Below are positions 39,380 to 52,299 of a stretch of 64,000 nucleotides of DNA, piece by piece; position 1 is the stretch's first letter; every line of letters begins with the position of its first letter. The DNA is from Malacoraja senta. Its lineage: Eukaryota. The notes under the pieces were generated by a model, which was not told the DNA's origin, did not search any database, and saw only the letters and a list, made by a program, of their open reading frames with translations. Position numbers and translations under genes: made by a program. The DNA lies in NCBI GenBank assembly GCA_038087875.1, contig JAXLNO010000202.1, forward strand, positions 124,001 to 188,000. Reading direction: 5' to 3'.

Positions 39380-40610
39380 GAAAGCAGAAGATACTTGTTC
39401 AGATGCAGGCACTTAGATGGACAAGGGCTGATTAGGGAGAGTCAGCATAGTTTTGTACATGAGATGTCATGTCTCATGAAACAAATTCACTTTTTTGAAG
39501 ACGTGACCAAAAAGGTGGATGAGGGCAGAGCTGTAGATGTTGTGTACATGGACTTCAGTAAGGTGTTCGACAAGGTGCCGCATGGTAGGCTGCTCTGGAA
39601 GGTTAGATCGCATGGGACCAAGGAGAGATAGCTGAATGGATAGAAAATTGGCTCCATGGAAGGGAAGCAGAGGGTGATGGTGGAAGGTTGCTTCTCAGAC
39701 TGGAGTCCTGTGACTAGTGGGTGTGCCTCAGGGTTCGGTGCTGGGCCCGTTACTGTTTGTCATCTACATCAATGATTTGGATGAGAACATACAGGGCAAG
39801 ATTAGCAAGTTTGCAGATGATACAAAAGTGAGTGGTTTTGCAGATAGTGAAGATGGTTGTGAACGATTGCAGCAGGATCTGGATCGATTGGCCAGGTGGG
39901 CGGAGGAATGGTTGATGGAATTTAATACAGAGAAGTGTGAGGTGTTGCATTTTGGGAAGTCTAACAAGGACAGGACCTACACAGTGAATGGTCGGCCTCT
40001 GTAGGGCATGTGTTGTAGAGCAGAGGGATCTAGGAGTACAGGTGCATGGTTCCTTGAAGGTCGAGTCTCAGGTAGATAAGGTGGTCAAAAAAGTGTTTGG
40101 CACTTTGGCTTTCATCAGTCAGAGTATTGAGTGTAGAAGTTGGGAGGTCATGTTCCAGTTGTATAAGACGTTGGTGAGCTTGCATTTAGAATATTGTGTT
40201 CAGTTCTGGGCATCATGTTATAGGAAAGATATTGTCCAGCTGGAAAGGGTACAGAAAAGATTTACGAGAATGTTGTCAGGACTTGAGTGTGTGAGCTATA
40301 GGGAGTGGTTGAGCAGCCTGGGACTCTATTCCATGGAGCGCAGGAGGATGAGGAGTGATCTTATAGAGGTGTATAAAATCATGAGATGAATAGATCGGGT
40401 AAACACACAGAGCCTCTTGCCCAGAGTAGGGGCATCGGGAACAGGAGGACATTGGTTTAAGGTGAAGGGGGGATAGATTTAATAAGAATCTAAGGGGTAC
40501 GATTTTTACATAAATGATGGCGGGTGTGTGTACTAAACTGCTGGAGGAGGTCGTTGAGGCAGATGGCATCGCAAAGTTTGAGAAATATTTAAATGGGTAG
40601 ATGGATAGGA
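39380..40610 (+). mobile_element. Degraded CR1 RT and 3' fragment
   Basis: [13 protein letters not shown] and FADD motifs, with frameshifts. Confidence 0.85.
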
Positions 40611-40619
40611 CGGATTCAC

Positions 40620-43600
40620 AGTTCAAAACAAGTGGGCTTGAGGAAGCCGCTGATTGGTGAAGCGGACTAGAGGAAGCCGCTGATTGGTGAAGTGGACTAG
40701 AGGAAGCAGCTGATTGGGAGTCTGATTTCTTCCAGCAGTTTGTATTGTATTGTATTGTACTTTGTATTGTAGCCAGGGTAAGGGGGAGTATGAGGGCCAG
40801 GGCAGTTTACTGTTCTGGATGTCAGATGTATTGTAGCCAGGGTAAGGGGGGAGTATGAGGGCCAGGGGCAGTTTACTGTTCTGGATGTCAGATGTAATGG
40901 AGTCTGGAGTCTAGAGTCTGGATGTCATGGAGTCTGATATCCCTCCAGACGTCCACATCTGCGCCAGGTGCGTCGAGATGGAGGTCATAGAGAGGAGTTA
41001 CAGATAGGTGGTCACTCCAAGACCACAGGAGACAGGCAAGTGGATCACGGTTGGGAGGGGCAAGGGGCAGAGGCAGGGACCAGAGAGTACCCTGGTGGCT
41101 GTACACCTTGACAATAAGTACTCCTGTTTGAGTACTGTTGGAGTGGACAGTCTACCTGGGGGTAGCGACAGCGGACGGGCCTCCAGCACAGAGACCGGTC
41201 CTGTTGCTCAGAAGGGTAAGGAAAAGAAGAGAAGGGCAGTAGTAATAGGGGACTCTATAGTTAGGAGGTCAGACAGGCGATTCTGTGGACGCAGTCAGGA
41301 GACCCGGATGGTAGTTTGCCTCCCTGGTGCCAGGATCTGGGATGTGTGTGAACATGTCCAAGATATCCTGAAATGGGAGGGAGAGGAGCCCGAGGTCGTG
41401 GTACATATAGGTACCAATGACATAGGTAGAAAAAGAGAAGAGGTCCTGAAAGGAGAATTTAGGGAGTTAGGAGGAGAGTTAAGGAGAAGGACCACAAAGG
41501 TAACAATCTCGGGATTACTGCCTGTGCCACGCGACAGTGAGAGTAGGAATGGAGCGAGGTGGAGGATAAATGTGTGGCTGAAGGACTGATGCAGAGGACA
41601 GGGATTCAATTTTCTGGATCATTGGAACCTCTTTTGGGGAAGGTGTGACCTGTACAAAAAGGACGGGTTGCACTTGAACCCAAGGGGGACCAATATCCTG
41701 GCGGGGAGATTTGCAAAGGCTACTGGGGAGACTTTAAACTAGAACGGTTGGGGGGAGGGACTCAAATAGAGAAAGCTAGTAGACAGTGTGTGAGGCAGGA
41801 GGCAGAGAAGGGAAGCACTCAGACCCAACATGTAGGGGGGTAAGAAGAAAAAGATAATAAACAGAGAATAAGTGGTGGTGGGGTTCTTAAATGTGTGAGC
41901 AGAGAGACAGAGGGGTGTAAAATGAGGGTAGAAGCAAAAGGTAGCAAGGTGAAAAGTAAAAGTGGTAGGCAGATAAATCCAGGGCAAAAATCAAAAAGGG
42001 CCATTTTTCAACATAATTGTATAAGGGGTAAGAGTGTTGTAAAATCAAGCCTGAAGGCTTTGTGTCTCAATGCAAGGAGCATTCGTAATAAGGTGGATGA
42101 GTTGAATGTGCAGATAGTAATTAATGATTATGATATAGTTGGGATCACGGAGACATGGCTCCAGGGTGACCAAGGCTGGGAGCTGAACATCCAGGGATAT
42201 TCAATATTCAGGAGGGATAGACAGAAAGGAAAAGGAGGTGGGGTAGCGTTGTTGGTTAGAGAGGAGATTAACGCAATAGAAAGGAAGGACATTAGCTTGG
42301 AGGATGTGGAATCGATATGGGTAGAGCTGCGAAACACTAAGGGGCAGAAAACACTAGTGGGAGTTGTGTACAGGCCACCTAGCAGTAGTAGTGGAGTTGG
42401 GGATGGCATCAAACAGGAAATTAGAAATGCGTGCAACAAAGGTAAAACAGTTATAATGGGTGACTTCAATCTACATATAGATTGGGTGAATCAAATTGGC
42501 AGGGGTGCTGAGGAAGAGGATTTCTTGAAATGTATGCGGGATAGTTTTCTAAACCAACATGTAGAGGACCCAACGAGATAGCAGGCTATTCTAGACTGGG
42601 TATTGAGTAATGAGGAAGGGTTAGTTAGCAGTCTTGTTGTGCGTGGCCCCTTGGGCAAGAGTGACCATAATATGGTTGAGTTCTTCATTAGGATGGAGAG
42701 TGACATAATTAATTCAGAAACAAGAGTTCTGAACTTAAAGAAAGGTAACTTTGAGGGTATGAGACGTCAATTGGCCAAGATAGACTGGCAATTGATTCTA
42801 AAAGGGTTGACGGTGGATATGCAATGGAAGGCATTTAAAGGCTGCATGGATGAACTACAACAATTGTTCATCCCAGTTTGGCAAAAGAATAAATCAGGGA
42901 AGGTAGTGCATCCGTGGATAACAAGGGAAATCAGGGATAGTATCAAAACAAAAGATGAAGCATACAAATTAGTAAGAAAAAGCAGCCTACCAGAGGACTG
43001 GGAGAAATTCAAAGTCCAGCAGAGGAGGACAAAGGGCTTAATTAGGAAAGGGAGAATAGATTATGAAAGAAAACTGGCAGGGAACATAAAAACTGACTGC
43101 AAAAGTTTGTATAGATATGTGAAGAGAAAAAGATTAGTTAAAACAAATGTAGGTCCCTTGCAGTCAGAAACAGGTGAATTGATCATGGGGAACAAGGACA
43201 TGGCAGACCAATTGAATAACTACTTTGGTTCTGTCTTCACTAAGGAAGACTTAATTAATCTGCTGGAAATAGCAGGGGACCGCGGATCAAATGATATGGA
43301 GGAACTGAGTGAAATCCAGGTTAGACAGGAAGTGGTGTTGGGTAAATTAAATGGATTAAAGGCCGATAAATCCCCAGGCTGGGTATTGAGTAATGAGGAA
43401 GGGGTAGTTAGCAGTCTTGTTGTGCGTGCCCCCTTGGGCAAGAGTGACCATAATATGGTTGAGTTCTTCATTAGGATGGAGAGTGACATTGTTAATTCAG
43501 AAACAACGGTTCTGAACTTGAAGAAAGGTAACTTTGAGGGTATGAGATGTGAATTGGCCAAGATTGACTGGCAATTAGTTCTAAAAGGGTTGACGGTGGA

Positions 43601-45685
43601 TATGCAATGGAAGGCATTTAAAGACTGCATGGATGAACTACAAAAATTGTTCATCCCAGTTTGGCAAAAGAATAAATCAGGGAAGGTAGTGCATCCGTGG
43701 ATAACAAGGGAAATCAGGGATAGTATCAAAGCAAAAGATGATGCGTACAAATTAGCCAGAAAAAGCAGCATACCAGAGGACTGGGAGAAATTCAGAGACC
43801 AGCAGAGGAGGACAAAGGGCTTAATTAGGAAAGGGAAAATAGATTATGAAAGAAAACTGGAAGGGAACATAAAAACTGACTGCAAAAGTTTTTATAGATA
43901 TGTGAAGAGAAAGAGATTAGTTAAAACAAATGTAGGTCCCTTGCAGTCAGAAACAGGTGAATTGATCATGGGGAACAAGGATATGGCGGACCAATTGAAT
44001 AACTACTTTGGTTCCGTCTTCACTAAGGAAGACATAAATAATCTGCCGGAAATAGCAGGGGACCGCGGGTCAAAGGAGATGGAGGAACTGAGTGAAATCC
44101 AGGTTAGTCGGGAAGTGGTTTGGGGTAAATTGAATGGATTAAAGGCCGATAAATCACCAAGGCCAGATAGGCTGCATCCCAGAGTACTTAAGGAAGTAGC
44201 CCCAGAAATAGTGGATGCATTAGTGATAATTTTTCAAAACTCTTTAGATTCTGGAGTAGTTCCTGAGGATTGGAGGGTAGCTAATGTAACACCACTTTTT
44301 AAAAAGGGAGGGAGAGAGAAAACGGGGAATTACAGACCAGTTAGTCTAACATCGGTAGTGGGGAAACTGCTAGAGTCAGTTATTAAAGATGGGATAGCAG
44401 CACATTTGGAAAGTGGTGAAATCATTGGACAAAGTCAGCATGGATTTATGAAAGGTAAATCATGTCTGACGAATCTTATAGAATTTTTCGAGGATGTAAC
44501 TAGTAGAGTGGATAAGGGAGAACCAGTGGATGTGTTATATCTGGACTTTCAGAAGGCTTTCGACAAGGTCCCACATAAGAGATTAGTATACAAACTTAAA
44601 GCACACGGTATTGGGGGTTCAGTATTGATGTGGATAGAGAACTGGCTGGCAGACAGGAAGCAAAGAGTAGGAGTTAACGGGTCCTTTTCAGAATGGCAGG
44701 CAGTGACTAGTGGGGTACCGCAAGGCTCAGTGCTGGGACCCCAGCTATTTACAATATATATTAATGATTTGGACGAGGGAATTGAATGCAACATCTCCAA
44801 GTTTGCGGATGACACGAAGCTGGGGGGCAGTGTTAGCTGTGAGGAGGGTGCTAGGAGGCTGCAAGATGACTTGGATAGGCAGGGTGAGTGGGCAAATGCA
44901 TGGCAGATGCAGTATAATGTGGATAAATGTGAGGTTATCCACTTTGGTGGCAAAAACAGGAAAGTAGACCATTACCTGAATTGTGGCCGATTAGGAAAAG
45001 GGGAGATGCAACGAGACCTGGGTGTCATGGTGCACCAGTCATTGAAAGTAGGCATGCAGGTGCAGCAGGCAGTGAAGAAAGCGAATGGTATGTTAGCAGG
45101 GTCTTAGCAGTGTGAGACCACACCTGGAGTATTGCGTACAGTTTTGGTCTCCTAATCTGAGGAAGGTCATTCTTGCCATAGAAGGAGTACAGAGAAGGTT
45201 CACCAGACTGATTCCTGGGATGTCAGGACTTTCATATGAAGAAAGACTGGATATACTCGGCTTGTACTCGCTAGAATTTACAAGATTGAGGGGGGATCTT
45301 ATAGAAACTTACAAATTCTTAAGGGGTTGGACAGGCTAGATGCAGGAAGATTGTTCCCGATGTTGGGGAAGTCCAGAACAAGGGGTCACAGTTTAAGGAT
45401 AAAGTGGAAATCTTTTAGGACTGAGATGAGAGAAACATTTTTCACACAGAGAGTGGTGAATCTGTGGAATTCTCTGCCACAGAATGTAGTTGAGGCCAGT
45501 TCATTGGCTATATTTAAGAGGGAGTTAGATGTGGCCCTTGTGGCTAAAGGGATCAGGGGGTATGGAGAGAAAGCAGGTACAGGATACTGAGTTGGATGAT
45601 CAGCCATGATCATATTGAATGGCGTTGCAGGCTCGAAGGGCCGAATGGCCTACTCCTGCACCTATTTTCTATGTTTCTGTTTCTA
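40620..45685 (+). mobile_element. Near full-length CR1 LINE: 5' repeats, ORF1 with SGNH esterase, ORF2 APE-RT with internal 783-bp duplication, 3' tail
   Basis: VVIGDSIVR...VVVHIGTNDI (ORF1); NARSIRNK, GDFN, SDH and FADD (ORF2); stops and a deletion near 45100 inactivate it. Confidence 0.92.
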
Positions 45686-45739
45686 TATGGGGAAATTTTC
45701 CGGCTAGTTGTGCCGAAGGGCCTATTTCCATGCTGTATA

Positions 45740-46497
<758 letters not shown>

Positions 46498-47549
46498 TAT
46501 ATCACTATCACTCTATCACTATCCCCGATGTTGGGGGAATCCAGAACCAGGGGCCACAGTATAAAATAAGGAGTAAGCCATTTAGAACGGAGATGAGGAA
46601 ACTCTTTTTCACACAGAGGGTTGTGAATCTGTGGAATTCTCTGCCTCAGAAGGCAGTGCAGGCAGGCTCTCTGGATGCTTTCAAGAGAGTTAGATAGAGC
46701 TCTTAAAGATGGCGGAGTCAGGGGATATGGGGAGAAGGCAGGAACGGGGTACAGATTGGGGATGATCAGCCATGATCACAGTGAATGGCGGTGCTGGCTC
46801 GAAGTGCTGAATGGCCTACTCCTGCACCTATTGTCTATAGTCTGTTGTCACTCTGCCACTCTGTCACTCTATCACAGATGTGGGGGCTTTGCCGAGGGTG
46901 CAGAGGAGTTTTACGAGCAGGCTGCCTGGATGAGAGGGTATTAGCTACCGAGAGTGGTTGGACAGACTTGGATAGTTTTCTCTGGAGCTCTAGAAGTTGC
47001 GGGGAAACCTGAGAGAAGTTTCTAAAGTTATGTGAGACATAGATAGGATAGACAGTCAGAACCTTATCCTAGAATGGGATAATAAGATACTTGAGAACAT
47101 AGGTTTAAGGTGAGAGAGGCAAAGTTTAAAGGAGATGTGTGGGGCAAGAGCTTTTTACAGAGGGTGGTGGGTGCGTAGAACATTGCCAGGGGTGGTGGTG
47201 GAGGCAGATACGATAGTGGTGTTTAAGATGCTTTTAGACAGGCACCAGGCATGTGCGGTCAGGGTAGGCAAGGTAGTCTGATTAAAATTATAAAAAGGTA
47301 ATTATTAAATGTAAATAGTGAAGATTTCTAATTCATTTACTAAATTCAGTATTTATTATTAAATGGTTATTATTATAATAATGGATCTTAGGTAGTCGTA
47401 TTTCTCCCGTGCCTGTGCCTGTGCTGACCTGGTCCTGGGCTGGACTGTTCTATGTCCTATGATTGAATGTAAAGGAGATGTTATTTTGTAAAGGGTGAAG
47501 CAGCTCACGAGCTGAGGCTCGGTCACATGTACACTCAGTGTCCACCACT

Positions 47550-50460
47550 CACACTCTACTCAGCAGCTGTGGGAAGCATCTTGTCCGGAAACATCACAAT
47601 CTGGTTTGGGAACTGCTCTGCCCAGGACAAGAAGGCTCTGCAGAGAGTAGTGCGTTCGGACAAACACACTATGGGAACTACACTCGCCCCCTCCTGCAGG
47701 AACTATACATCAGGAGGTGGAACTCCAGAGGCAACAAGATCATGGGAGACCCCTTCCACCCCCAGCAACGGACTGTTCCGGCTGCTACGGTCAGGCAAAC
47801 GCCTCCGTTGCCATGCTGTGAGAACAGAGAGGTTGAGAAGGAGTTTCTTCCCAGAGGCCATTAGGACTGTAAACTTCTATCTCACCAGGGACTAAAAGCC
47901 CTGTCTCACTGTGCGAGTTGACCCACGAGTGACCCCGAGTGAAAGACTCGTGGTTGCGTACGATACTACAAGTTTATGATCAAGAGATTAACCCAGTTCC
48001 CACGGGTATGTCTACGTTTGCCATTTACTTGTCATTTCTGCGATGTTCCAAGTTTCTCTCCCGTTAATCTTGAGGCAACAATGTATATCGACGTGTTGCA
48101 CTTATGTATGGCTTTATTTCAAAACTCACAAACATTCAGGTGACAAAATAACCCAATATCAATACCATGTCCGCCTCATCCCAGTTTATGGGGGGGTAGG
48201 ATCATGATATGAATCTGTGCCAAGTTGTAAAACTCCAGCCGGGATACCGTCGTCTCCGGGTTCGTGATCATACCAGTAATATTGTGAGGTCGACATACTG
48301 TTGACACTCGCAGTATTACTGGTATTATCACTAATCAATTATTACATCTCAAACTTTGTGTAACAATATTTCATGTTCCCCGGGAACATTTGCACTTTAA
48401 AACTGCACTTTGGGTTCTTACTTGCCATCGGGTAAAAGATTGTGATTATGGTCATGTTAAGAATTAAAAGTCATAAAATCAATGTGTGAAATGTGATTCT
48501 TATTTTTCAAAGTCTCTCATAGGAAACAATGAGCGTATAGATAGATACATAGAAAATAGGTGCAGGAGTAGGCCATTCGGCCCTTCGAGCCTGCACCGCC
48601 ATTCAATATGATCATGGCTGATCATCCAACTCAGTATCCCGTACCTGCCTTCTCTCCATACCCCCTGATCCCTTTAGCCACAAGGGCCACATATAACTCC
48701 CTCTTAAATATAGCCAATGAACTGGCCTCAACTACCCTCTGTGGCAGAGAGTTCCAGAGATTCACCACTCTCTGTGTGAAAAAGTTTTTCCTCATCTCGG
48801 TCTTAGAGCCCAGGGAGAGGGGGAGAAAGGGACTTACACTCACAGAGGCAGAGTCTCTCAGCCTGTGTGAGAGGGAGGGAGGGAGGGAGAGAGAGACACA
48901 CACACAAGGTGGATGTGAAATCTCACCTACCTGATTCAGTGACAGGCACCCGCAGCCAGTGAATGAAGACACCCCCATCTGTCTCCCCCTCCACTCCCTC
49001 CACTCTCCACCCTCTCTCCTCCACCCCCCCTTTCACCCCCCCCCTCACCACCCCCCCCCCCAATTTGGAAATGTCATCCCATCACCCATTCCTTCTCTCC
49101 AGAGATGCTGCCTGCCCGCTGAGTTAAAGAGTTCCCACTTGCAGCAGCATAACAGGCCAGTAAACACAATACTCATAGATAATATACTAAATAAAGAAAA
49201 TATATATTAAAAAATCCAGTATTATTGCAAAAATCCCAAAGTCCTTAGTGCAACCAAGGCAGTTTGTAGTTCATAGTTTAGTTAGCATTTGTAGCATTCA
49301 AGAGCCCGATGGTTGTTGGGAAGAAGCTGTTCTTGAACCTGGAGGTCATGGTTTTCAGATTCTTATACCTTCTGCTCAGCAGGAATGAAATGAGAGCATG
49401 GCCAGGGTAGTGTGGGTCCATGACAATGCTGGCTGCCTTTTTGAGGCCGCACCTCCTATAGAACCCTTTGATTCAGTAAAGTTCAGTAAAGAGATCGGGA
49501 ATCTGGCATCATGGCTTGAGAATAAAACCCAGCCTTTAACATCCGCATAATGAAAGAGTTGGTGTTGTCCTACGGAACAGGGGTGCAGGAGAGGTGAACA
49601 CAACCCTGTCTTCTTCAACAGCACTGGTAGAGATGGCTTCTGGACGTGACTGGCAAACCTCAGATTAGGCTGCCATGAAGTCTCATAAAATGTTCTCACG
49701 CTGTTCCTCAATACTGGTTTGTCTTAAGGTTGTGAGCTCAGTCCCAAATACACAAAATCTATATATAAACTTCAAGCAATGTTTTTTTTTCAACCCACTC
49801 TGTCACCTTATCAATAACTTGGTTAACTTTGTTAAGCAGAATTTGTCTTTAAAAAGTCTATGTTGGTGTTCCTTAACTGATCCATACTTATCCAAGTAAC
49901 TGATATTTCTGTCCCTGATTATTGTTTCTAAAAAGAGTTCCCACGGGAGACTCACGAGTCACAAAGGTAAACGCACGGGCCACTACGTTCTTACAACGAG
50001 TTTAAATGTTTCAAATTTTAACCTCAAGAGTACATTTTACTCGTGGAAAAGTTTAAACATGTTTGAACTTTTTCAAGAGTTAACAAGTTTCACGGGTACC
50101 TGCCGTTAGCGCCACGAGTCGCTAAGTTGCGTCCACGAGTTCCGACGTTCCCGCTACGTTAATTGTACATGATTACCACGAGTTAAATTTGTTTTAAACT
50201 CGGGGTACCTCGTGGGTCAGCTCGCACAGTGACACAGGGGTTTCACTTTACTGTACCATTTTACTGTGTTTTTTTTACATTGCTGTGTTTTTTTCCCTTT
50301 TTCCTTCCGCCCACAATATTTAATATGTAAAAGAATATGTCATTCTGTTCCATTCTGTTTGTAGTTTGTTTGTTTGTTTGTTTGTTTTTTGCACAATTCG
50401 CGAGCATCGCCACTTTTCATATCGCTGCACATCTCGTATGTGTATTTGATGAATAAACTT
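47550..50460 (+). mobile_element. Rex1/Babar-like LINE 3' fragment split by a DNA transposon
   Basis: SILSGNITIWFGNCSAQDKKALQRVVR...RSFFPEAIR; 3'UTR resumes at about 50246 and ends AATAAA-CTTGAC. Confidence 0.7.
47896..50242. mobile_element. Non-autonomous TIR DNA transposon, PIF/Harbinger-like
   Basis: About 45-bp imperfect TIRs (AAGCCCTGTCTCACTGTGCGAGTTGACCCACGAG versus the reverse complement at 50210-50242); flanks TAA/TCA consistent with a 3-bp TWA TSD. Confidence 0.7.
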
Positions 50461-50462
50461 GA

Positions 50463-50651
<189 letters not shown>

Positions 50652-51375
50652 TCCAGCCAGTACCTCTCCCTGACATCACCCTCACCCCCCCCTCCCCTCC
50701 CCACCCTGGGGTGTTCATCCCCCACCCTGGGGTGTTTCTCCCCCACCCTGGGATTTCCTCCCCTCCCCCCTACCCAAGGATCTCTCCCCCCACCCTGGTG
50801 ACAGCCTTGAGAAACTGGGTGGAACGACAGACCGGGGAGTGAACCAGCCAGCACCTCGCCCTGAGGTCTGCTCCACCCCCTATCTCTGGATCTGTCATTT
50901 TCACACCTTACCCTTCCACATACCTCTAGTTTCCCCCTCCACCAAGTCTGAAGGGTCTCGACTCGAAACGTCACCTATCCATGTTCTCCAGAGATGCTGC
51001 CTGACCCGCTGAGTTACTCCAGCACTCTGTGAAACGTCACCTATCCATGTTCTCCACAGATGCTGCCTGACCCGCTGAGTTACTCCAGCACTCTGTGAAA
51101 CGTCACCTATCCATGTTCTCCACAGATGCTGCCTGACCCGCTGAGTTACTCCAGCACTCTGTGAAACGTCACCTATCCATGTTCTCCACAGATGCTGCCT
51201 GACCCGCTGAGTTACTCCAGCATCTTGTGTCTACCACCACCATTGGAGTCTGACCCCCAGTGTAAGCTCATTACTTTACACCTACAATGATATTGTTTCC
51301 TATGAAAACTGATGTGAAATTTCAAACTAATTAAAGGTCGTTTTGACGTCAATCCTAATTCTTGTAATATTTAAC

Positions 51376-51515
51376 AATAAAGTGGCGACTAAGTTATGAT
51401 GTAACAAATCTGCTCACCCCTCCTGCTGTGTAAAGGCTAGTGATCAGATATAAACTGTAAATTGTGTATTCCAATGATTATTCATATAATGTAGCATTTA
51501 ATTAAATAGAATAAA
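51376..51515 (+). terminator. Candidate polyadenylation signals of protease copy A
   Basis: AATAAA at 51376-51381 and 51510-51515 in an AU-rich non-repeat tract downstream of the stop. Confidence 0.5.
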
Positions 51516-52299
51516 AGAAAGTTGAATTTTTATATCAAAGCTGTTATCTGTGCATTATTGATAATGTTGTCATACAAAGTGGAAACAGGCCCTTCGGCCC
51601 AAATCGTGCGTGCCAACCAACATGCCCCATCTACAAGTGTCATTTAAATGTTATTATAATACCTGCCTTGAGTACCTCCTGTGGCAACTCGTTCCATACA
51701 CCCACCACCCTCTATGTGAAAATGTTGCCCTTCTGGTTCCTATTAAATCTTTTGTCTCTCAGAGGAACATAGGAAAATAGGAAAATCAGTACCCCTTTCC
51801 TGCTTTTTCCCCATATCCCTTGATTCCTTTAGTCCTAAAAGTTAAATCTAACACTCTCTTGAACACATCCAGTGAATAGGCCTCCACTGCCTTCTGTGGC
51901 AGAGAATTCCATAGATTCACAACTCTCTGGGTGAAGAAGTTTTTCCTCATCTCAGTCCTAAACATGTTCCCGATGTTGGGGGAGTCCAGAACCAGGCGCC
52001 ACCAGCTGCTCCAGGAGCTGCGAGTATATCACTGCCCCACCCACAGCATCACCAGCACCGCAGCCCGCCAGCCTCAACTACCTCCTCACAGCTTGTTCCA
52101 TACAACCACCACCCTCTGTGTGAAAAAGTTACTCCTCGGATTCCTATTAAATCTTTTCCCCTTCACCTTGAACCTATGTCCTCTGGTCCTCGATTCCCCT
52201 ACTCTGGGCAAGAGACTCTGTGCATCTACCCGATCTATTCCTCTGGTGATTTTATACACCTCTATAAGATCAGAGTCAATGAAGAAGCAGGCAAAGTCT

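Noticed and set aside
38009..39416. Long Gly/Trp/Val-rich and Pro-rich ORFs (322-453 aa)
   Set aside because: Translation of a G-rich minisatellite, open in many frames, with no splice or domain support
42603..45107. 834-aa ORF as an active or domesticated RT gene
   Set aside because: Upstream stop, internal duplication and a 3' deletion/frameshift show a dead CR1
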